IMG/VR virus record: IMGVR_UViG_2974592485_000001
Coordinates: 42,186-106,185 of that record
Reading direction: 5' to 3' (one strand)
DNA length: 64,000 nt
DNA from: a virus
Lineage: Duplodnaviria > Caudoviricetes
Under the pieces are notes generated by a model. That model was not told the DNA's origin, did not search any database, and saw only the letters and a program-made list of their open reading frames with translations. This document shows, piece after piece, positions 47,607 through 57,769 of the stretch. Position 1 is the stretch's first letter; every line of letters starts with the position of its first letter. The translations under genes and the position numbers were made by a program.

Positions 47607-47633
47607 TAAAAAGGGGCACGTACTGTGCCCCTT
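47607..47633 (-). terminator. Rho-independent terminator after the tape measure gene
   Basis: aaggggcac...gtgcccctt with a T tract on the minus strand. Confidence 0.75.
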
Positions 47634-47643
47634 AGTTTGCGTA

Positions 47644-50600
47644 TTACCTATTTAGTCTATCTAAAGAAGTACCTTGCTCGTTAAGAGCCTGTTCTACAGC
47701 GTTCCTCACAGCATCACTGTTATTAGCTAAGTAATCTTTCAGGCTTAGAGCATCGAATGCTGTAAGTTGAAGAGTCAAGTTACCAATAGCAGGGCCTGAA
47801 CCAGACCTAGATACTTCTTCCGCCGGAGTTACTTTCATAGGTACTAGAGGTGTAGCCACTTCCATCCCATGTTCTCCTAATCCGTAGGAAACTCCAGGGT
47901 ACATATTACCCCCTTCTGCTCTAGGAACGAACGTGTTAGCATTACCTATACCTTTTTCTCCTCTGATATATGATAATTCACCTTGGTTTGCAGACATAGA
48001 AACATCAATATTTTTCTGTCTTTCCCCTAGAGATAGAGAGGAAGCTGTATCAGAGCTACTATCACCAATACTAGACATGCTACTAGCGTTACTTGCCTGA
48101 GCTAGCGCTAAAGCACCTGCTAACCCAGCCGCAACCATTAAAGGTATAGACCATGGGTAAGGTACAGATGTTGCAGCTTGCATAACTGCTACCGCAGTTT
48201 GAATGATGATTTGCTTCTTAGCAGCGTCTTGTTGAATCTTAACTTTTTCAGCTTCTAGACGTTTAATTTTGGCCTTAGATTCTTCAGATTTACCATCACG
48301 CTTTTGTTCCGCAGCTATAGCCGCATCAATAGCAGATACTTGGTTACTAGTAGAGTACTGGATCATTGAAGATACAGACTGCATACCAGCTGCAACCATC
48401 GACGTCATGTCCAGAGAGCCTTGGGAGAACTGCATAACAGAGTTAGTTAGGTTACCTAAGCTTTGTCCTACAGCAGTAGCCTCAGAGTTAAGTTCAGACA
48501 TTTTAGATATAGCTTGGTCATAGGATGCCATTTTATTCTGCATATCTGCGAACTCTTTATCTTCCCCTGTTAGTCCTGTAGTAGGAGTATACGTAGCACC
48601 TAGAGAAGAACCGACCATAGATTGCATCTCTCTTTCTCTTTGTACACGTAGTTCCGACATTGCTACACTAGTTTCCCTAATCTTAGCCGCTAGTTCAGCT
48701 TGAGCTTCAGAGTTCCCTTTCAGCTGTTCTTTTCTACGAGTATAGTAGTCTAGATTTTCCTGAAGGTTAGCTGCCTGACCTGTACTACCTCGCTGTCTCT
48801 GAGCTAATTGCATTTCCCTTTCTTGGTTAGCTGTAGTAGTGTTCTGCATAGACATTCTGTTTTCCCACTGTTCCCTTTCCAGTTGGGCTATACGTTGTCT
48901 AGTCTGTTCATGCTCTGCTAACTTGTCTTTCTGTTTAGAATAAAAGTCTAGTTTTTTCTGCTCTATAGCTAATTCCGTGTTTAATTGAGCTACTTTATAT
49001 TGTTGAGCTGTCATAGTCCTGTTGTTAAGCAGGGCTATTTGCTCTTCAACACCTAGATATTTATCTCGTCTATCCTTAGTCTTTTTATCCGCCTCCATTC
49101 CTTGGTTCTGCAATTTTAACTGTTCATATCGGCTTTCAATTATTTCCTTTTCTAGAGCCTTATTACCTTTGTTGGTATCCAGTATTGCTTGTAGGTAGGT
49201 CTGTTGTTGCTGTAGCTGCTTAATTTCTAGAGCTCTACCTGCCGCAGTAGCTTTGTCCTTACTACCTGTTTCCTTGTAAACTTTGGCTATCTCTTGTTCA
49301 ACCTCTAGTTTATGCTTACTATCATCCAATTGGTTCTTGGAGTAGTTAGTTATGGCAGTAGACTGTGCCTTCAACTCAGACATGCTATTAACACCTAGCT
49401 TAAGATTTGCAACTAGAGTATCCATGTTTTGACCTGTCTTTTTAGACAAGTCTTCTATAACTCGAACAACGTTAGACAAAGATTGTGCTGCTTTACCCGC
49501 AGTGTCTGTGCTTTGAGCTACGTTCTGAATATCCGAATTAATGTCTTGTGACGTTTTCTGTATCTGCTGATACTCTTTAACTGCGTCAGCGACATTAGCT
49601 AGTGCAGTGCTGTTGAAGTCCACACTAGCTCCAGGGGTATCCATGTCTCTAGTTAAACCAATAAACTGCTGAAGTTCAGGACTAGCCTGTTTTGCTTTTT
49701 CCCCTGCCAGCTCTACCGCCCTATTCCAAGCACCTAAATCCTCGGTGGAATCTTGGATTTCCTTATTAGCAGCGGTAAGTTGGTGACCCATCATAGCAAT
49801 AGTCTCTACCGCAGCTTGGTTTTCCTTAGAAGTACCGGCAGCCGCAGATAAGCTTACAGGTATACCTTGACCTACTTGATCAATAGCAACCCTACCTAGA
49901 TAGCTAGCCTTTTCGTAGGCTTTGTTGTATTCGTCTTGAAGCTTGTTTCTAGCTGCTAGAGCCTCTCTATATCTCGATAGCGCGTCACTGTAACCCTTCT
50001 GAGAACTGGATAGGCTTAAAGCTACTGCTCCTGTATCAGAAGAATTAACTTGCCTATTAGTATTTTGTTGTGCTATAGCTGCACTAATAGATCCCTCAGC
50101 TTGAGAGGATGCAATGACTGCGTTTATAGATGCGATAGTTGGGCCTAAGAAGCTAGCAGCAGACTGCTGAATTTTTCTTAATGCAGAATCTGCGGTAGCC
50201 GCAAATTGCTCCCATGGAGTTGCACGAAGTACCTTGTCTAAATGGCCAAATCTTTTGGTGGATTCTTCAATAACAGCATTTGCATATGCTTGCTGCTTCT
50301 GGAACGTTGACAAGCTATTCATGTTGTATTGAAGACCAGTGTTAGCAGCGTTAAGTCTGTTAACGTAAGTAGCATACGCATCATTAAGACGAATAGTTAC
50401 ACCTAGTTCATCCAAAAGTTCAATTTCCTGCTTAGATACACCCTTAATAACACGGTTAAGTGCGTCAGTCATATCTACCCCTAGAACAGCAGCAGCACGT
50501 CTTGCGACTAAACCAAACTGTTCTAACTGTGTGGAATCAAAACCGTAAGCAGAAGCGGACGAAGCTTGTCTCATTGCTTCTTCGTATGAGACTGCGTAAC

Positions 50601-51327
50601 CCACTGCTTCTTGTAGAGCTATAGCTAGGGACTGTACAGGAGTACCTGTTGTAGTACCAACAATAGAACCAAACTGCTCAAGACGATTCAACTGATCACC
50701 TAGCTTTAACTGTTCAAAAGCAGACTGTAATACGAATATATTGGAGGCAATGGCTGCGTATAAAATAGGTAATGTACCCCCCACTTTAGCCATCGCCGCA
50801 AAGTCTCTAGTTAATCCTCTAGAAGATCCCGAAGTATCACCAAGAGCCCTGCTAGCTCTCCTAGCATTATTACCCATACCATCTAAACCCTGCCCAGCAC
50901 GCACAGTAGTTCTATGTAGGTCATTAATACCGTCTTCAACTCTCTCTATAGATCTACCAACATTATTGCTCATGTTCCTACTAGATTTGACCATGTCTTC
51001 AAATCCTATTTTGGTCACATCAGCTAGCTCTATCATTACTAGGGATAGATCATCTATTTTGTTAGCAAGTTGAGTTAACGTAGTATTGATAGCACCCATA
51101 CCCCTAGTAACTGCTACCTTCCCTAAACTTCTTCCTGCTCTATCTGCGGCCTTTTCAATAGACATTAGGGTTTTAGGCAACTTATTCAGTTGCTCATTTG
51201 TAAGCTCTGCTCCAGCAGCAGCATCTTGAAGGCCGTCTACTATAGAGTTCAATGTCTTTGTAACTTTGGTCGCACCCTGTTGCTTGACATTAATTAGTAA
51301 TTCTCTAATAAGTTTATCAGTTGCCAT
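47644..51327 (-). CDS. pb2: Tape measure protein (pb2-like)
   Basis: MATDKLIRELL start, long coiled coil, hydrophobic segments; synteny. Confidence 0.92.
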   Translation of the reverse strand: MATDKLIRELLINVKQQGATKVTKTLNSIVDGLQDAAAGAELTNEQLNKLPKTLMSIEKAADRAGRSLGKVAVTRGMGAINTTLTQLANKIDDLSLVMIELADVTKIGFEDMVKSSRNMSNNVGRSIERVEDGINDLHRTTVRAGQGLDGMGNNARRASRALGDTSGSSRGLTRDFAAMAKVGGTLPILYAAIASNIFVLQSAFEQLKLGDQLNRLEQFGSIVGTTTGTPVQSLAIALQEAVGYAVSYEEAMRQASSASAYGFDSTQLEQFGLVARRAAAVLGVDMTDALNRVIKGVSKQEIELLDELGVTIRLNDAYATYVNRLNAANTGLQYNMNSLSTFQKQQAYANAVIEESTKRFGHLDKVLRATPWEQFAATADSALRKIQQSAASFLGPTIASINAVIASSQAEGSISAAIAQQNTNRQVNSSDTGAVALSLSSSQKGYSDALSRYREALAARNKLQDEYNKAYEKASYLGRVAIDQVGQGIPVSLSAAAGTSKENQAAVETIAMMGHQLTAANKEIQDSTEDLGAWNRAVELAGEKAKQASPELQQFIGLTRDMDTPGASVDFNSTALANVADAVKEYQQIQKTSQDINSDIQNVAQSTDTAGKAAQSLSNVVRVIEDLSKKTGQNMDTLVANLKLGVNSMSELKAQSTAITNYSKNQLDDSKHKLEVEQEIAKVYKETGSKDKATAAGRALEIKQLQQQQTYLQAILDTNKGNKALEKEIIESRYEQLKLQNQGMEADKKTKDRRDKYLGVEEQIALLNNRTMTAQQYKVAQLNTELAIEQKKLDFYSKQKDKLAEHEQTRQRIAQLEREQWENRMSMQNTTTANQEREMQLAQRQRGSTGQAANLQENLDYYTRRKEQLKGNSEAQAELAAKIRETSVAMSELRVQREREMQSMVGSSLGATYTPTTGLTGEDKEFADMQNKMASYDQAISKMSELNSEATAVGQSLGNLTNSVMQFSQGSLDMTSMVAAGMQSVSSMIQYSTSNQVSAIDAAIAAEQKRDGKSEESKAKIKRLEAEKVKIQQDAAKKQIIIQTAVAVMQAATSVPYPWSIPLMVAAGLAGALALAQASNASSMSSIGDSSSDTASSLSLGERQKNIDVSMSANQGELSYIRGEKGIGNANTFVPRAEGGNMYPGVSYGLGEHGMEVATPLVPMKVTPAEEVSRSGSGPAIGNLTLQLTAFDALSLKDYLANNSDAVRNAVEQALNEQGTSLDRLNR

Positions 51328-51339
51328 AATTTTTCCAAT

Positions 51340-51370
51340 AAAAAAGCTCTGGGCAAAAGCACCCAGAGCT
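51340..51370 (-). terminator. Terminator-like hairpin just upstream of pb2
   Basis: agctctggg...cccagagct plus T tract. Confidence 0.55.
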
Positions 51371-51403
51371 AAGCCCCACAATAAAACACCACTTGGAGAA
51401 AAC

Positions 51404-51772
51404 TTATTTACCCCCAGGCCTAGAATGCGGCTTGGTGGTTGGTTTGGTTTTCGACTTTTTACCTAGCTGTTCAATTCGTTTTTTAGACGCTTGTACAGCT
51501 TTAGTGTCAAATATATTAATTATGTTAAGTATAAACTCCTTCTCTACTAGTTCTGTAATTGCATAAATCTCAAATAGAACTGGTAGGGAGGACTTGTCTT
51601 TACCTATATAGGCAGGCAAGTCCCCAGGAACATATTGGTCTAGTAGGTTGTTGTATATTGTAATACCTACTCTCACTATTTCGGGAAAGTCCTCTAACTC
51701 AGCAGGTAAAAGAGCAGGATCTGGGGCCTGCCCTAAAGACTCGCATAAAGTTAGGTACTGTTCTCTAGTCAT
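51404..51772 (-). CDS. Tail assembly chaperone, C-terminal (gpT-like) frame
   Basis: Frame is open upstream to 51853; likely expressed by frameshift. Confidence 0.75.
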   Translation of the reverse strand: MTREQYLTLCESLGQAPDPALLPAELEDFPEIVRVGITIYNNLLDQYVPGDLPAYIGKDKSSLPVLFEIYAITELVEKEFILNIINIFDTKAVQASKKRIEQLGKKSKTKPTTKPHSRPGGK

Positions 51773-51833
51773 TTTAGATGCAGAGCTTTTAACACACCTC
51801 TCTGCAAATTTTTCTACCTCTTTTAAGAGAGTA

Positions 51834-52241
51834 CTATTCTGTTTTTGAACGAAAGGAGTCTAAATGAAACACCGTCCTGTTAATAAAGGAGTCAAATGCA
51901 GTAGACTCTCGCATTAACATAACTGCGTTATCGATACTAAACTCAATAGGTGTATTAGGATCTTGATCTCCAAAATCTACTAGCATAAGTTTCTCAACAT
52001 CACCTAGTGTTAGTCCAGTCCATCCCTTAATAGCCTCTTTTACAAAGCTTTCTGTAAATAAGTCCTCGTTCTGAGAGTGAACAAGTTGACCATTAACCCA
52101 CTCACCTTTCTTGGACGCTTCTACTACTTTCTTAGACTGAGCCCTAGACATATACGCTAGGGTGATTTTAAAGTTAGGCATTCCTTCATAAACTACTTCA
52201 ATTTCTCTAGTAGAAACGCTGATATCTCTTAAGTTAATCAT
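51834..52241 (-). CDS. Tail assembly chaperone (gpG-like)
   Basis: IKGWTGL motif; position before the tape measure gene. Confidence 0.8.
   Translation of the reverse strand: MINLRDISVSTREIEVVYEGMPNFKITLAYMSRAQSKKVVEASKKGEWVNGQLVHSQNEDLFTESFVKEAIKGWTGLTLGDVEKLMLVDFGDQDPNTPIEFSIDNAVMLMRESTAFDSFINRTVFHLDSFRSKTE
51849..51857 (-). other. Putative +1 ribosomal frameshift site UCC-UUU-CGU
   Basis: In-frame TCC TTT CGT; a +1 slip (UUU to UUC) enters the frame of 51404-51772. Confidence 0.7.
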
Positions 52242-53122
52242 CTTATTTTCTCCATAAATGATATTGTTACAGGGTCTGAATCCTCAGTAGGTATTATGTC
52301 ATACTCTAGTTTGAAAACATCTGAGAAATCAGCTCTTTTGGTTATTCGGGCTAAAGGTATGTTAAGACTAAATATATTATTTCTTATTGTAATAGGTGCG
52401 TATTCCGGTAAAAGAACCGATTGCCCACTTAGTCTACTAACCATGTAGGTAGATACAGTAGCGGACACATTTAATTCTCTAACGTAAGCTTGAGAGTTAG
52501 AGTATATAGTGCCTATACTGTGTATAGATCGGTTATCTATCCACTCACATTGCTGTTGTAAAGATATGCTAGCAGATACAAGACCCGGAGTTTCTGTGTT
52601 ATCGTATAGTACAGAAACAGGATAAAAGGGCATAACATCGCCTTGAATCATACTTCCTTGAGGAGGATACGTACCTTCATAAAAGTTGCCCGATTCAAAA
52701 CCTAGACTTATTGATGGAACACTCTTCTCTAGAACAATGTCCATAGCTGATAAGTAGCAATTAGTAAAACAGATGTAGTCTAACTCTTTAAAACATAGAT
52801 AAATATTGAACATCTTAGGAGTTACTGAGCGGTTAAATTTTGGCATCTCATAGGGGATTTTATCAGTATCCCATCCTAGAAGATGTAAAAGAAGACCTTC
52901 TACTCCACCCATAGTGAACGGGGTTTGGATGCTAATACTGCTAGGCTCCTGTTGAACTATCTTAGAGTACGCGTAGTTAGATCTATTATGAATAGTCTTC
53001 CTTAAAGATTTGTACTCCCCATAAGACGTGCTACCAGAAAAGGAAGATAAAGCATCCATAGTGAATGCTCTACCCTCGTACTCAATAACTACCCTAGACT
53101 CTCTAAGAATAGGGTAAATCAT
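52238..53122 (-). CDS. Minor tail / baseplate tube protein (p140-like)
   Basis: LRESRVVIEYEGRA N-terminus; synteny. Confidence 0.8.
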   Translation of the reverse strand: MIYPILRESRVVIEYEGRAFTMDALSSFSGSTSYGEYKSLRKTIHNRSNYAYSKIVQQEPSSISIQTPFTMGGVEGLLLHLLGWDTDKIPYEMPKFNRSVTPKMFNIYLCFKELDYICFTNCYLSAMDIVLEKSVPSISLGFESGNFYEGTYPPQGSMIQGDVMPFYPVSVLYDNTETPGLVSASISLQQQCEWIDNRSIHSIGTIYSNSQAYVRELNVSATVSTYMVSRLSGQSVLLPEYAPITIRNNIFSLNIPLARITKRADFSDVFKLEYDIIPTEDSDPVTISFMEKIR

Positions 53123-53124
53123 TA

Positions 53125-54510
53125 TTATTCTACCTCAATAGTTGCAGTGTCTGTAAACGTTCCTGAAGGAGTAGTTACAGAAGCCTGAACCTCAACTGTT
53201 CCAGTAGTAGCGGTAACCTTGGTTACTAGACCAGACGCATTAACTGTAGCCGCTGTACCAGAAAGAACAGACCATGAAACAGTAAATCCTGTAGCTCCAG
53301 CAGGTGTAGGAGTTACTGAAAGCTGTACCGTGGTGTTGGTATCATCAATAGTAGCAGTAGCAGGAGTTACAGTGATTGCTGTAATACCAGGGTCTGCACC
53401 ATTACCTGTAGCTACTAGGTTTGCAATCTGAGTTTTAGTATACACAGGTGAGAATCCTAGGAAACCTTCATCACCAGTATCTAGATCAGTAGGAATAGCT
53501 TTGAATTCCACACTAGTACCAAGAACGTCGTCGGTTTCTATAGTAGGGATGTTAACCTGAGCCTGTTTAGCTACTAGAACTGCCGCAGGTCTACCGTTAT
53601 CATACTCCCCACCTAGAATCAGGGCAATTTCAAACTTATTAACAACTGATAGCTGCTCAATTAGATCCTTATATAGTTCTAGGGAGCCAAGAGAGTTATC
53701 ATTTAAGTATGCTGTAATAGTACCAGTAAGTTCAAATGCACCCGTAAAGGAACCAATAGGAATGTTAACCCTAGACATGATGTTTGGAGTTAAGTAGGTA
53801 ACGTTGTTATTAATAGTGAAAGAACCACCAGTGATAGGAATGTTATATTCCTTGTTATGATCCATATCTCTTAGCTTCAAAGTTGTTAACTTGTTCTTAA
53901 TATAAGAAGCTTGAAGCTGTAGGTATAGGGAGTCTGTCATACCAATAGTATCTACGTCAAATGGTGCAACATCCAAAGGAATAAGCTGGGTACCGTTACC
54001 AGACCAAGTAACTCTACCAATGTCATCAATATCCACGCTTACTTCTGCTTGGTTAATCTGGCAATTCTCAATAACAGACCATGCTCTGTCTGTAAGAATG
54101 TAAATATTTAAAGAGGCCAACTCGTGGTAGGCATTATCTTTAAAGTTAACCATAAAGTTAGTGCTGTTATTATGGGCACCTGTGTTGCCAGACAGGTCTA
54201 ATGCACTACCACTAGAAAGTGCATGCCACAACATAAAATCTGGAAGGGTGATGTTTCCAGTTACAGTGTCCTCATAAGGCAGTATATAAGTAGAGAAACT
54301 CCACTCAGCAGCGTTAAGAGAATCGTTAAATCTTTTTGAACCTCTAGTAGGACGAGGGCCTGCCTCATTAACAGTAATATCCGTAGAGTTACTGTCTTGT
54401 CCCCATGAAATGTCATCTTGTACTAGAATTTCTTGAGTGTTATCCGTCGTAAATCCAGTTTTAACTGTAGAGACGAATATTCTAGTGTTACGTATAAGCT
54501 GTAAAGACAT
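53125..54510 (-). CDS. pb6: Major tail tube protein (pb6-like) with C-terminal Ig-like domain
   Basis: MSLQLIRNTRIFVSTV N-terminus; Big_2-like C-terminus. Confidence 0.93.
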   Translation of the reverse strand: MSLQLIRNTRIFVSTVKTGFTTDNTQEILVQDDISWGQDSNSTDITVNEAGPRPTRGSKRFNDSLNAAEWSFSTYILPYEDTVTGNITLPDFMLWHALSSGSALDLSGNTGAHNNSTNFMVNFKDNAYHELASLNIYILTDRAWSVIENCQINQAEVSVDIDDIGRVTWSGNGTQLIPLDVAPFDVDTIGMTDSLYLQLQASYIKNKLTTLKLRDMDHNKEYNIPITGGSFTINNNVTYLTPNIMSRVNIPIGSFTGAFELTGTITAYLNDNSLGSLELYKDLIEQLSVVNKFEIALILGGEYDNGRPAAVLVAKQAQVNIPTIETDDVLGTSVEFKAIPTDLDTGDEGFLGFSPVYTKTQIANLVATGNGADPGITAITVTPATATIDDTNTTVQLSVTPTPAGATGFTVSWSVLSGTAATVNASGLVTKVTATTGTVEVQASVTTPSGTFTDTATIEVE

Positions 54511-54526
54511 GTTTTATATCTCCTAA

Positions 54527-55027
54527 TTAACGTCTTAGTGCCAACCTTGGGGGGGAGTAAGTTACTGTTACAGATACCTGTGCCAAACCAAAGGGGGCTA
54601 ATAAACCTTCGTCAGTATCTACTGATGCAAGTTGAATATCTATCGTGTGACAAGTTATACTTGAACGATCAGGTGTACTAACAGTATATGATAAATTACC
54701 TCCAGTGTCAACAACAGTTTTTATATCCGAGATAATATTTTCAAGTTCCTCTTGAATATCCACGTTTTCTCTAATATATGCATATACTAGGATTTCAAGA
54801 GTTACATTCTGTTGGGCAGAAGGTAGATACTCGAAAGTTTCGGGGCCTAGTGCTAAACCTATAAAAGGAAATTCGTTGATTTCATCAAACTTGAATACTC
54901 TAGTGGATACGTTATCATACATATTAGTATAGTAGTACTCTGGTTTAGTTCCATCCAATTCACTGGATAACTTATTACGCAGAGCATTTAAAATACTTGT
55001 TCGGTGACTCATACCGGCTATAGTCAT
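54527..55027 (-). CDS. Tail terminator (p142-like)
   Basis: HRTSI, TDEGLLAP.G motifs. Confidence 0.82.
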   Translation of the reverse strand: MTIAGMSHRTSILNALRNKLSSELDGTKPEYYYTNMYDNVSTRVFKFDEINEFPFIGLALGPETFEYLPSAQQNVTLEILVYAYIRENVDIQEELENIISDIKTVVDTGGNLSYTVSTPDRSSITCHTIDIQLASVDTDEGLLAPFGLAQVSVTVTYSPPRLALRR

Positions 55028-55028
55028 G

Positions 55029-55790
55029 TTATATACCTTGTTGGACCTTAATCTTGTATCTAGAGTGTAATAAGTCTCTAGTAGCTTTAGCTATAGCTTC
55101 CCCTATAAGCTTTTGGGGGTTTCTAGCGCCTGCAAAAGGCCTGAGGGAAAGTCTTCTATATGTGGATACAGCGGGGTTAAATACAGAGTAAGGTCTAGTC
55201 ATGTAGGTATATGAGATATCTAACTCTGGAGCGTTACCTCTTTTGGACTCTCTATCCATAATAGCTGCTCGTCTTATTTTTAGAGAATTAGCAAACCTAC
55301 CTGTCCTAAATTTAAGAGGAGCCCCCGCTTTCTTCATGTCCCTGATTAGGTACTCTTTGGCTAGAAGTTCTAGTAGTTGTCTCATATTGCTGTTAGACAC
55401 AAACCTACCGGATGCTCCAGTTAAAGAACCCTCAAAACCCTGCTCATCTACAGGGTCTCCAAAAGATACATTTACCCTACCTGTACTTCGTTTTTTACCT
55501 ACCCTACTACGTTTACCTGCTACTTCTTGTAGCATGTTCTCAATACCTGCTATATCTCCCTCCATGTTAAGGCTGGTAGAGACTAGTCTTAGTATATTAG
55601 ATGTTCTTACATCAATAAGATCTTGGGATACTGGTTTTGAGAACTTAAAAGACATCTTAGCCACAGTACCATCCCTACTAGAGTCAAGTAAACCTGTTTC
55701 CACACTATATACTACAGTGTTCTTACCTGATTTGTTACCTTGGTCTAGTTGATTTTGTATTATGGTGCGGGCTGCATCAGTTAACGCCAT
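55029..55790 (-). CDS. Tail completion protein (p143-like)
   Basis: PLKFRTGRFANS, RNPQKLI; synteny. Confidence 0.82.
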   Translation of the reverse strand: MALTDAARTIIQNQLDQGNKSGKNTVVYSVETGLLDSSRDGTVAKMSFKFSKPVSQDLIDVRTSNILRLVSTSLNMEGDIAGIENMLQEVAGKRSRVGKKRSTGRVNVSFGDPVDEQGFEGSLTGASGRFVSNSNMRQLLELLAKEYLIRDMKKAGAPLKFRTGRFANSLKIRRAAIMDRESKRGNAPELDISYTYMTRPYSVFNPAVSTYRRLSLRPFAGARNPQKLIGEAIAKATRDLLHSRYKIKVQQGI

Positions 55791-56302
55791 TACAACCTCC
55801 TATAAACACCTATAATAGCACGTATGTGTTCTGGAACTCCCGCAGTATTGGAAGCATAGTCTATAGTTTCTCCACCAAAGGTTCTACTAGACCTGTAATC
55901 CTTCTTATTCCAGTACTCTACCAACATACAAGCTGCCGCCTTTAAGTCTTCTGGGACGGGATTTAATCCTCCAACCTCGTACTCTACATCCATATACCCT
56001 TCCGTAGGGTTGAAGTTAAGCAAGATTTTACCATCAGGGTATAGTTTGTATTGTTCTGGGGATATCTCAGTAGTACCTATAGTCATCTTGGTTATCTGAG
56101 AGGCTGTAGGATCAGTAAGAAAGTACATGCGTCTAGACGGCTTGGTAGGTAGAAGATCTACCTGATTAGCCGAGATGTTAAGTCCTAGGAGTGAAGTGAC
56201 CAAACTATTAGCCGCAGGAATTAAATGAGGTATATTGGCTTCTACCTCAGGTCGTTTTGTCCCTTGATAGGACTTATAGTAATCTAAGTCAATAAATTCC
56301 AT
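55790..56302 (-). CDS. Head completion / head-tail connector (p144-like)
   Basis: GG...VPEDLK.AA motif; synteny. Confidence 0.82.
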   Translation of the reverse strand: MEFIDLDYYKSYQGTKRPEVEANIPHLIPAANSLVTSLLGLNISANQVDLLPTKPSRRMYFLTDPTASQITKMTIGTTEISPEQYKLYPDGKILLNFNPTEGYMDVEYEVGGLNPVPEDLKAAACMLVEYWNKKDYRSSRTFGGETIDYASNTAGVPEHIRAIIGVYRRL

Positions 56303-56316
56303 TATATACCTCTAAT

Positions 56317-56342
56317 AAAAAAGGAGAGCCGAAGCTCTCCTC
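56317..56342 (-). terminator. Terminator after the major capsid gene
   Basis: aaggagagc-ttcg-gctctcctt plus T tract (UUCG loop on the minus strand). Confidence 0.85.
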
Positions 56343-56358
56343 TATCGGCGTTAAGCCA

Positions 56359-57756
56359 TTAAGCAGCGTAGGTACCTGCAACAATACCGTTTTCAAAGTA
56401 ACGTTGTAAGTTAACACGTTGAGTAACGTAGTAAGCATCACGTTGTTCTGATGCACGACGTTCCTTCTCAACAGTTACCGCACGCTGACGTGGAACAATG
56501 AAGTTTTCACGATAAGCGATGAAGCAATAAGGAGCTGAAGCAGCCTTATCTGGGAAGTATTCGGAAACCAGTACAGGCATACCGTAGATACGACCTACTT
56601 GACCCTGCAGTTTGATAGCTGTTGCAGCTTCAACCTGAGATACGTCTTGGAATTCTTCATCTTCTAACAAATCGTAGTAAGCATCCATAGAAACTACTAG
56701 AGCCAGCTTGTTCAGACGTAGACCATGACGACCTAAGTTACGACGCAGCTTGTGAATTTCTTTAGCAGTTACTAGAACAGAGCCATCAGCTTCTGCAGTG
56801 GTAGCGTATACAGCACCGTCAGCAGCAGCCATAGTCAGAAGACCAGTTGGAGCTCCACCAGTACCTGGACCAGTCATAAACGCTTTTTCAATAGCAATAG
56901 CGTGAGCTTCGATCAGACGACGACGCATGATTGGCAGAAGAGTAAAGATAGCATCTTCTTCAGTTTCATCAGTCATGTAAGCTTTAGCAGCTAACTTGAA
57001 CGTCTTGAAGGTAATTTCAGACAGTTTAGTTTTGTCTTCAGCACCCACAGTCGCAGGAGTACCATAAGTAGTAGCGTCTACCCAAGTAGCTTCACCAGCT
57101 TCTGGTTCTACCATCATAGTCAGCAATTTGCTGGACATTGGCAGTTCTTCGAACATTGCCCCTACGACTAGCTCTTTTTGTAGATCACGAAGGATACGCA
57201 GAGAGAAGATAGTTTCGTAGGATTCAGTAGAAACTTCGATAGAAGATGATGCGTTTACAGCTTTAAAGTGTTCTGCACCACGATTAGTTTCAAATACATC
57301 TTTCTGCATTACAGATGCAAGCAGAACCAGTTTTTCAACTTCTTCTTCAAAGCCTTCTTGAGTGTTGCCGTACAGAGCTTTAGCAACATTATCAGCAACA
57401 AAAGATCGACCATCACGAGCAGCTAGAAGTTGCTTAATCTGATCTTGCAGGGCTGTAATAGTCTCTGAATTTTCCTTCACAGACTTGGCGAATTCAGCGG
57501 AATCAGCTTTAGACTTTTCGTCCATTGCTTTAACTAGTTCCAGAGCTTTAGCTAAGTTAGCACGGTCTTCACCAGTTGCTTTAGCTACCATATCTTCCAT
57601 ACGCTTCTGCTCTAGAGCTTCACGTGCGGCTTTCTCATCCGCAGCTTTCTTTGCAGCAATTTCAGCTGCTGCTTCTTTAATACTGTTAAGACCAAGACCG
57701 TCACTGATTGTCTTTAACAGTTCATTAACGTCTGGTGTATTAGTTGGTGCTGGCAT
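56359..57756 (-). CDS. pb8: Major capsid protein (HK97 fold with delta domain; pb8-like)
   Basis: Coiled-coil N-terminus, YETIFS.RI.RDLQKELVVG motif, strong codon bias. Confidence 0.95.
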   Translation of the reverse strand: MPAPTNTPDVNELLKTISDGLGLNSIKEAAAEIAAKKAADEKAAREALEQKRMEDMVAKATGEDRANLAKALELVKAMDEKSKADSAEFAKSVKENSETITALQDQIKQLLAARDGRSFVADNVAKALYGNTQEGFEEEVEKLVLLASVMQKDVFETNRGAEHFKAVNASSSIEVSTESYETIFSLRILRDLQKELVVGAMFEELPMSSKLLTMMVEPEAGEATWVDATTYGTPATVGAEDKTKLSEITFKTFKLAAKAYMTDETEEDAIFTLLPIMRRRLIEAHAIAIEKAFMTGPGTGGAPTGLLTMAAADGAVYATTAEADGSVLVTAKEIHKLRRNLGRHGLRLNKLALVVSMDAYYDLLEDEEFQDVSQVEAATAIKLQGQVGRIYGMPVLVSEYFPDKAASAPYCFIAYRENFIVPRQRAVTVEKERRASEQRDAYYVTQRVNLQRYFENGIVAGTYAA

Positions 57757-57769
57757 TATAATCTCTCCA

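Noticed and set aside
51328-51381. N-terminal extension of the tape measure ORF
   Set aside because: Spans a terminator-like hairpin; the T5-like N-terminus starts at ATG 51327.
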